64,000 bases of DNA, taken from the NCBI GenBank assembly GCA_977862235.1, contig OZ374560.1, forward strand, positions 1,798,001 through 1,862,000. The letters are read 5' to 3'. A model generated the notes under the pieces. That model ran no database searches, was not told the DNA's origin, and saw only the letters and a list, made by a program, of their open reading frames with translations. Position numbers and translations under genes: made by a program. Of the stretch, positions 61,303-64,000 are shown in pieces (position 1 is the stretch's first letter; every line of letters begins with the position of its first letter). This stretch comes from Dudresnaya verticillata. Its lineage: Eukaryota.

Positions 61303-61749
61303 TCAAACTGGAGGGGGAGGCAAATGTGATTCTGGATCTGAATCCAATTCGATGTCCACCTCTTTTCTGTGTTCAATTCCCAACCTTTCTTCAATTGAAC
61401 GTAGTATGTCCCGAGCCTGCCTGGCAAACCTCATGACCTGTACAACGACCTTTCCCACGCGGTTGAAAACATCGCTATATATGGCATCCAGGCGCAGTCG
61501 TGCGTCATCAATGAACGACCTCATCTCGAGGACCTCAGCCCGAACAGTCTGAACTTCACGCAACATTGTCGTGGGGTTAAGAATCGGAATTCGGTCGCGA
61601 TGTCCATGTGAGGAGTTCACGGGGTATTTCGTTGTCCACGTTCCAGACATTGCAAGGCCATTGCAGAAAAGCCGCACTTGATCTGGAATAAATGCTGTAG
61701 ACGGAGGATTCTGAAAAGCTCGTGCCAGGCGATTATACCCAATATGCAT
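61303..61749 (-). CDS. Small helical/coiled-coil protein, unknown function
   Basis: 148-aa ORF; MLREVQTVRAEVLEMRSFIDDARLRLDAI..ILRSIEERL. Confidence 0.45.
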   Translation of the reverse strand: MHIGYNRLARAFQNPPSTAFIPDQVRLFCNGLAMSGTWTTKYPVNSSHGHRDRIPILNPTTMLREVQTVRAEVLEMRSFIDDARLRLDAIYSDVFNRVGKVVVQVMRFARQARDILRSIEERLGIEHRKEVDIELDSDPESHLPPPPV

Positions 61750-61757
61750 CTCGGAGG

Positions 61758-63923
61758 TTACTCTGACGGTAATATCGTACTACGACGATTCCAACTTGTG
61801 CAAATCCCATGCAAAGAACCAAAAAACGCGGCTATCTCCGTAGCATTCTGTGGGTAGTCATCGCGATGTCCCTGCAATGTCCTGGCATCTTTGCAAGCGG
61901 TGAAGGGATATTCCGGGCAGTCGAACCCAGCATCAACCAGAGCACGTTGATAATTTGCGAAGTTAATGAAACTGCAGAAGATGAAAACCCAGTGACCAGG
62001 TTTAACGACCCTTCGACAGAATTCGATGAATTACTTAATCTCCCCATCGCTGATATAATTGTCGCAAGATGTACCAGCATTCGAACGACTAGGCGGTGTT
62101 CCGTACGGAGGGTCCGTCAGTACGAGGTCGAACAGTGGGCTCGAATCGCTTCGAACGGACTGGTCATACGTCTGCCACCTCATGTGGTGGCAACTGATCC
62201 TCATTGTATTCAGTGCATCGACTTCTTCAGTACCTGGTGTTTCGAGCTTTTCAGACTGTATGGTAGACGCGGACGATCTTGTATGTTTTTCATTCCCTTC
62301 CAGATGGTCATTTGTGTCCTCCCCGGTGTCTCCAGCATGGATACTGGCGGTCCCTTTCTCGTGTTCATGTGTTGTGCCACAGTTGCCATCCTCATTTGGT
62401 GATTCCTGCTCGTTTCCCTGCGGTTCTGAAGGTTTTGTTCCGGAACCAGTGGTACTGTCAAAACATCCCGCGGCGACAGACTTGCAATTCTGTTTATCAA
62501 CAGGTGCCCCAGGTTTTGGTGAAGGGGTGGAATCTCCACAATCATTGCGCTCGGCACTATCACAGTGCAATTCCGACCCTTCCAGAGAGGCATTATCGGG
62601 ACACTGTCCTGAACTATGTGTTGTCTTATTTCCGCCAATGCTCTTAAGCAAGTCGGCATGCTTCTTCTCCTTAACAGCAGCTTCCTGGGGACAGAAATCC
62701 CTGTACAATTCCAGTATAGATGCCACAATGTCCTTGTCATTTCCTATATTCTCCGCAACCTCGTCATCCATCTTCTGTGTATTGAGAAGGTTCGAGTGAA
62801 GCACCTGCATGGACTCTGGCTACTCGTGACTTTCCCGGAGAGCTTCAAACTTACGAACCTCGCGAAGAGTGGCGGTGGCCTTCTGAAACTGTTCCACGGT
62901 GTACCGGTAAGACAGCGGTTTGAAGTTGTGTAAACGGTGCAATTCTCTCAAACGTTATAAATTCGCAATATGTGCTTGTACACCATCCGGTGCTTTCGAC
63001 GCGTTAATGAACACTGTTGCGGACTTGACAGATGTTATATTGATAAACTTGCGGTACACGCGACAGTCCACACTCTTATTGATGTCCTAGTGATCCACAG
63101 TTGTAGATCGAATCGACACCAAATCATCCCTCTCCTCGTTTATAATGTCTCCGATTGTGTCAATCACTGCGTGGTCAAGTCTAAGGACAGTCTGAGCAGT
63201 CTGTTTAACAGTATTGTCCCTGAAATGGTTGCATCCGTCATAGGCTTCAGCAATCCTCGTGGGATTCGGACGTTTTCCGCCATTCCCCGCTGTGAGACGA
63301 TCTGCCTCCTCTCTCAGGCCTCGAAGAGTATCGTAGAAGGTAGTCTCGATGTAGAATGAAGAATCGTGCTTGTCATTCTGGTAACGAGCCTATTGTCGAA
63401 GTGACTGCAATTCATGGCTCCCTCTCAGAACAGTAACAGACCATGAGAAAGATTTCCGCGTCTCGTCATCCTCCTCCCGGCGTTCTGTGACAGCTATAAG
63501 TCTGTGCATCCCGTCCACTACTCCATACCATTTCGCTCGATTGTTTGACATTTCCACGGATTCTTTTTGCGAGTATGACGTTCCGTCTTTCTTCAACTTT
63601 TGTTGGAAGTGCTCAATTACCAAAGATCGAAAGGACCCAGACATTTCAATTACAATGGGAGCGTTAGACCCAGCAACATATCCAATTGTACTGGCTCGAG
63701 GATTGTGGTGGTCCTTGCGCGACACATCAAAGCGCGCCTTCAAACGCTCTACTCCAGACCTCACAATAGGAGGAATGGACATCAATGGAATGCAGGAAGC
63801 GGGGTCTACTCTTGTGTTGACGGAACCATCTATTAAGTCGGCGAATAGAGCTTTTGCGGTGTATGTCGATCGAGGAATCTGTTTAGGTCCAGCACCTCTC
63901 GACTTTCGCTTCCCACCACCCAT
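61758..63923 (-). pseudogene. ParB/Srx-like domain fused to N6A/N4C (beta-class-like) DNA methyltransferase catalytic domain, disrupted
   Basis: APIVI...WYGVVDGMHRLIAV (DGMHR at 63501-63515); FDLVLTDPPYG (DPPY at 62103-62114), then in frame *FIEFCRRVVKPGHWVFIFCS..YPQNATE; one frameshift near 63270 and five internal stops. Confidence 0.8.
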
Positions 63924-64000
63924 TCCGAATATGAAGGTGATTACCTAGATGGCTGTGAAGGATGGTAGAGCGAATTCAAGAACTTAGTCAAACCCCGGAA

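Noticed and set aside
61809..62799. Plus-strand ORFs 61809-62402 and 62059-62799
   Set aside because: Shadow frames antisense to the MTase reading
107..63923. Stop-codon reassignment explaining the many in-frame stops
   Set aside because: All three stop types occur together with frameshifts, and several differ between copies; ordinary decay is sufficient

Overview
Eukaryotic, transposon-dense window with no intact host gene. A beta-carotene isomerase D27 fragment points to a photosynthetic host, and a red alga is my guess from the TE repertoire. In order: (1) a Ty3/Gypsy chromovirus 3' half with two long antisense ORFs, nested in a Copia remnant; (2) a 5.4-kb APE+RT LINE inserted into a CACTA/EnSpm-like fragment whose empty site is visible at ~49760; (3) the D27 fragment, a MITE, a second LINE 3' fragment and a CRE-like RT fragment; (4) a non-autonomous Helitron with a six-hairpin 3' end, and a tRNA-derived SINE sharing its 3' tail with the LINE; (5) two head-to-head degenerate RepHel Helitrons forming a ~14-kb inverted repeat; (6) a decayed CACTA-like transposase, a second chromovirus 3' end and a frameshifted Sola-like transposase. 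Three solo LTRs with 5-bp TSDs are scattered through the window. At the right end, a decayed minus-strand gene fuses a ParB/Srx-like domain (DGMHR) to a prokaryote-type amino-DNA methyltransferase catalytic domain (DPPY). It is followed by two small coiled-coil ORFs and an array of palindromic ACCTAT/ATAGGT sites, and is the best candidate for an undescribed system. All calls come from manual motif reading and manual alignment; no database search was run, and boundaries marked approximate may be off by tens of bases.
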